Below, one piece after another: positions 59,190 through 64,000 of a stretch of DNA of 64,000 bases. The notes beneath the pieces were generated by a model. That model saw only the letters and a list, made by a program, of their open reading frames with translations, did no database searches and had not been told where the DNA came from. How positions within the stretch are numbered: position 1 is the first letter of the stretch; every line of letters begins with the position of its first letter. The position numbers and the translations under genes were made by a program. This stretch comes from Pristiophorus japonicus (Eukaryota), in assembly GCF_044704955.1 (NCBI RefSeq), contig NC_091997.1:83018001-83082000 (forward strand), read 5' to 3'.

Positions 59190-62100
59190 TGCACCTGGGC
59201 AGGACCGGAACCAATGTCCTAGGGGGAGTGTTTGCTAGTGCTGTTTTGGAGGAGTTAAACTAATATGGCAGGGGGATGGGAACCTATGCAGGGAGACAGA
59301 GGAGAATAAAATGGAGACAGAAGCAAAAGATAGAAAGGAGAATAGTAAAAGTGGAAGGCAGATAAACCCAAGGCAAAAAATAAAAAGGGCCACTTTACAG
59401 CAGAATTCTAAAGGGTTAAAGTGTGTTAAAAAGACAAGCCTGTAGGCTCTTTGCCTCAATGCGAGGAGTATTCGGAATAAGGTGGACGAATTAACTGCAC
59501 AGCTAGCAGTTAACGGATATGATGTGATTGGCATCACGGAGACATGGCTCCAGGGTGACCAAGGCTGGGAACTCAACATCCAAAGATATTCAACATTTAG
59601 GAAGGAAAGACAGAAAGGAAAAGGAGGCGGGGTGGTGTTGCTGTTTAAAGAGGAAATTAATGCAATTGTAAGGAAGGACATTAGCTTGGATGATGTGGAA
59701 TTGGTATGGGTGGAGCTACGGAATACCAAGGCAGAAAACGTTAGTGGGAGTTGTGTACAGGCCAACAAATAGTAGCAGAGAGGTTGGGGACAGCATCAAA
59801 CAAGAAATAAGGGATGTGTGCAATAAAGGTACAGCAGTAATCATGGCTGACTTTAATCTACATATTGATTGGGCTAACCAAACTGGTAGCAATGCGGTGG
59901 AGGAGGATTTCCTGGAGTGTATTAGGGATGGTTTTCTAGACCAATATGTCGAGGAATCAACCAGAGAGCTAGCCATCCTAGACTGGGTGATGTGTAATGA
60001 GAAGGGACTAATTAGCAATCTTGTTGTGCGAGGCCCCTTGGGGAAGAGTGACCATAATATGGTAGAATTCTTTATTAAGATGGAGAGTGACGCAGTTAAT
60101 TCCGACACTAGGGTCCTGAACTTAAGGAAAGGTAACTTTGATGGTATGAGGCGCGAATTGGCTAGATTGGACTAGCAAATGATACTTAAAGGGTTGACGG
60201 TGGATAGGCAATGACAAACCTTTAAAGATCATATGGACGAACTTCAACAATTGTACATCCCTGTCTGGAGTAAAAATAAAATGGGGAAGGTGGCTCAACC
60301 GTGGCTAACAAGGGAAATTAAGGATAGTGTTAAATCCAAGGAAGAGGCATATAAATTAGCCAGAAAAAGTAGGAAGCCGGAGGACTGGGAAAAATTTAGA
60401 ATACAGCAGAGGAGGACCAAGGGTTTAATTAAGAGGGGAGAAATAGAGTACGAGAGGAAGCTTGCCGGAAACCTAAAAACTGACTGCAAAAGCTTCCATA
60501 GATATGTGAAGAGAAAAAGATTAGTGAAGACAAATGTAGGTGCATTTGGATTCGGGTGAATTTATAATGGGGAACAAAGAAATTGTAGACCAATTGAACA
60601 AGTACTTTGGTTCTGTCTTCACAAAGGAAAACACAAATAACCTTCCGGAAGTACTACGGGACCAAAGGTCTAGTGAGAAGGAGGAACTGAAGGATATCCT
60701 TATTAGGCGGGAAATTGTGTTAAGGAAATTGACAGGATTGAAGGCCGATAAATCCCCAGGGCCTGATAGTCTACATCCCAGAGTATTTAAGGAAGTGGCC
60801 CTAGAAATAGTGGACGCATTGGATCAGTTCCTGTGGCCTGGAGGGTTGCTAATGTAACACCACTTTTTAAAAAAAGGAGGGAGAGAGAAAACGGGTAATT
60901 ATTTGCTGGTTAGCCTGACATCAATAGTGGGGAAAAGGTTGTAATCAATCATTAAGGATGAAATAGCAGCGCATTTGGGAAGCAGTGACAGGATTGGTCC
61001 AAGTCAGCATGGATTTATGAAGGGGAAATCATGCTTGACAAATCTTCTGGAATATTTTGAGGATGTAACTAGTAGAGTGGACAGGGGAGAACCAGTGGAT
61101 GTGGTGTATTTGGACTTTCAAAAGGCTTTTGACAAGGTCCTACACAAGAGATTGGTGTGCAAAATCAAAGCACATGGTATTGGGGGTAATGTACTGACGT
61201 GGATAGAAAACTGGTTGGCAGACAGGAAGCAGAGAGTCGGGATTAACGTGTCCTTTTCAGAATGACAGGCAGTGACTAGTGGAGTGCCGCAGGGCTCAGT
61301 GCTGGGACCCCAGTTCTTTACAATATATATTAATGATTTAGATGATGGAATTGAGTGTAATATCTCCAAGTTTGCAGATGACACTAAAGTCGGTGGCGGT
61401 GTGAGCTGTGAGGAGGATGCTAAGAGGCTGCAGAGTGATTTGGACAGGTTAGGCGAGTAGGCAAATACATGGCAGATGCAGTATAATGTGGATAAATGTG
61501 AGGTTATCCACTTTTGGGGGCAAAAACACGAAGGCAGAATATCATCTGAATGGCGGCAGATTAGGAAAAGGGGAGGTACAGCGAGACCTGGGTGTCATGG
61601 TTCATCAGCCATTGAAGGTTGGCATGCAGGTACAGCAGGCGGTAAAGAAGGCAAATGGTATGTTGGCCTTCATAGCTAGGGGATTTGAGTATAGGAGCAG
61701 GGAAGTCTTACTGCAGTTGTACAGGGCCTTGGTGAGGCCCCACCTGGAATATTGTGTTCATTTTTGGTCTCCTAATCTGAGGAAGGACGTTCTTGCCATT
61801 GAGGGAGTGCAGCGAAGGTTCACCAGACTGATTCCAGGGATGGCTGGACTGACATATGAGGAGAGACTGGATCAACTGGGCCTTTATACACTGGAGTTTA
61901 GAAGGATGAGAGGGGATCTCATAGAAACGTATAAGATTCTGACTGGACTGGACAGGTTAGATGCGGGAAGAATGTTCCCGATGTTCGGGAAGTCCAGAAC
62001 CAGGGGACACAGTCTTAGGATAAGGGGTAGGCCATTTAGGACTGAGTTGAGGAGAAACTTCTTCACTCAGAGATTGTTAACCTGTGGAATTCCATGCTGC

Positions 62101-62298
62101 AGAGAGTTGTTGATGCCAGTTCATTGGATATGTTCAAGAGGGAGTTAGATATGGCCCTTGCGGCTAAAGGGATCAAGGGGTATGGAGTGAAAGCAGGAAC
62201 GGGGTACTGAAGGAATGATCAGCCATGATCTTATTGAAATGGTGCAGGCTCGAAGGGCTGGATGGCCTTCTCCTGCACCTATTTTCTATGTTTCTATG
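59190..62298 (+). mobile_element. CR1 LINE truncated near the end of ORF1, ORF2 with many disruptions
   Basis: ORF pieces from 59482 to 62148 carry [27 protein letters not shown] and KFADD, followed by the (CTATGTTT)n tail. Confidence 0.93.
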
Positions 62299-62314
62299 TA
62301 TGGCTCTAAATTTA

Positions 62315-63960
62315 GGTGATCTTATTCAAACATATAAGATTCTGAGGGGGTTTGACAGGTTAGATGCAGAGAGGATGTTTCCCCTTGTGGGGGAATCTAG
62401 AACTAGGGAGCATAGTTTCAGAATAAGGGTCGCCCATTTAAAATGGAGGTGACGAGGAATTTCTTTAAGGGTTGTGAATCTGTGGAGGCTGGGTCATTGA
62501 ATATATTTAAGGTGGAGATAGACGGTAAGGGAGTCAAGGGTTATGGGGGGCGGGCAAGGAAGTGGAGTTGAGGCCAAGATCACATCAGCCATTCTCCTAT
62601 TTCTTATGTTTATGTTCCTCGGGTTATTATGGCCCACTGTGGTATGGCACCTAACCCTTCCATTATTTCTTAAACTAATGTAAATAGAGATTTGGTATAG
62701 CCCTGCAGTGCCTTGGTCAGATTTGATGCTTTGAACGATCATCAACAACAATACCATGCTATTTTTACAGTACCTTTAACATGGACAAATGCCCCTCGAC
62801 AATATTGGGACGGGTCACCAAAAGTTTTGTCAAACAGACAGGATTTAAGGAGGACAATAGAGGAGAGAGAGGTGGGGTGTTTTGGAGGAATCTCCAGAAT
62901 GTAAGGCCTAGATGGCTGAAGGCCCTACTGGTAAAGTTGGGGCGAAGGGAGGGGATTGCACAAGAGGATAGCGGGAAGCGACTATAGTGAGGGATAAGGC
63001 CAGGAAGGAGTTTAGACAGGAGAATGGGAATTTTAAATTGGAGGCACTGAGGGACTGGGAGCTAATGTAGGTCAGCAAGGACAGGAGTCATAGAAACATA
63101 GAAAATAGGTGCAGGAGTAGGCCATTCGGCCCTTCGAGCCTGCACCACTATTCAATATGATCATGGCTGATCATGCAACTTTAGTACCCCATTCCTGCTT
63201 TCTCTCCATACCCCTTGATCCCTTTTGCTGTAAGGGCCACATCTAACTCCCTTTTGAATATCTCTAACGAACTGGCCTCAACAACTTTCTGTGGTAGAGA
63301 ATTCCACAGGTTCACAATTCTCTGAGTGAAGAAGTTTGAGCAGGACTTGGTGAAAGGTAGGGGCAGCAGAGTTTTGGATGAGCTGAAGTTTATGAAGGAT
63401 GTGAGGCCGGACAGGAGACTATTAAAATGTCGAATCTGGAGATGACCAAGGCAGTGGAGGAGGCAAGCAATGTTATGGGGATAGAATCGGCAGTCTTTGT
63501 GATGGAGAGTGTGAAGTTGGAAGCTCCACTTGGGATCTAATAGAGCATCGAGATTGTGACAGAGATGATTACCATGGAGGAGGATAAGTGTGAGGTAAAC
63601 TGTCAGTTACTGCAGAGAGGATGAGGCGGGTTAATGCACCATGGTAACAGTCAGAGGATGTCATTTGTCACTTTGGTTTGTGTTATGTTCAGAATAACTC
63701 CACAAGACTGTATATTGTAAGCTCAAACTGTTGTGACCTTGGTCTCTTTAATGTAACTCCAGAGTGAGGAAGCAGCATAGTAGACTGCCTTTTATACCTG
63801 CTTGCACAGGGTGTGCAGGTGACCCTTGGGTCCCTTTTGTTTGGTCTGCTTTGGTGCTGTGGCAGAGATGGAAACCTGATTGAAGAGATTCAAACATGGC
63901 ATTGCAGGACAGATGGGAGTTGAGTACACATTCAAGGACTTTGGAGATGAGAGAGGGATA
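62315..63960. mobile_element. Mosaic: CR1 3' fragment (62315-62615 +), old L2-like fragment (about 62750-63960 -), nested CR1 tail (63089-63337 -) and partial LTR (63681-63833 -)
   Basis: Homology to other copies in the window. The reverse complement of 63681-63833 resembles the solo LTR at 40227-40439 (tataaaa, attaaag..aaggtcaca, taaca end). Confidence 0.6.
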
Positions 63961-64000
63961 AACGTGTTTTTTTTAAAAAGAGGTGCTGATATTGGCAGTT

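Noticed and set aside
50561-64000. Final TRIP4 exons (ES.SPFVFIC..P.KG..KIW)
   Set aside because: No match found by eye; they presumably lie right of the window.

Overview
Repeat-rich vertebrate genomic DNA, most likely from a cartilaginous fish (inferred from abundant SacSINE1/AmnSINE1-like Deu-domain SINEs and shark-type CR1 LINEs). It holds parts of three spliced host genes. SNUPN (snurportin-1) has its first two coding exons on the - strand at 9073-8916 and 5370-5214; the rest lies left of the window. PCLAF (PAF15/KIAA0101) is complete, with four coding exons on the - strand at 31699-22234 (120 aa, PIP box QKGIGEFF). TRIP4 (ASC-1) lies head-to-head with PCLAF on the + strand, but only exon 1 (45952-46043) and one ASCH-domain exon (50469-50560) are visible, on either side of an assembly gap. 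Most of the rest is transposon-derived: a full-length decayed Ty3/Gypsy element with 247-bp LTRs and a CATCT TSD, several solo or partial LTRs, one full-length and several truncated CR1 LINEs, RTE, L2 and Tx1 fragments, many DeuSINEs and several MITE-like elements. There are three N-gaps. I found no convincing new biological system. The most interesting signals are a duplicated CCAAT-TGATTGACAG-CCAAT (NF-Y/TALE) module between PCLAF and TRIP4 with its motifs selectively preserved, an RTE insertion that captured 35 bp of neighbouring DNA, the SNUPN-PCLAF adjacency with no evident SNUPN promoter, and a uORF or frameshift at the TRIP4 start. All calls were made by eye, without database searches, so repeat boundaries are approximate unless a TSD is quoted.
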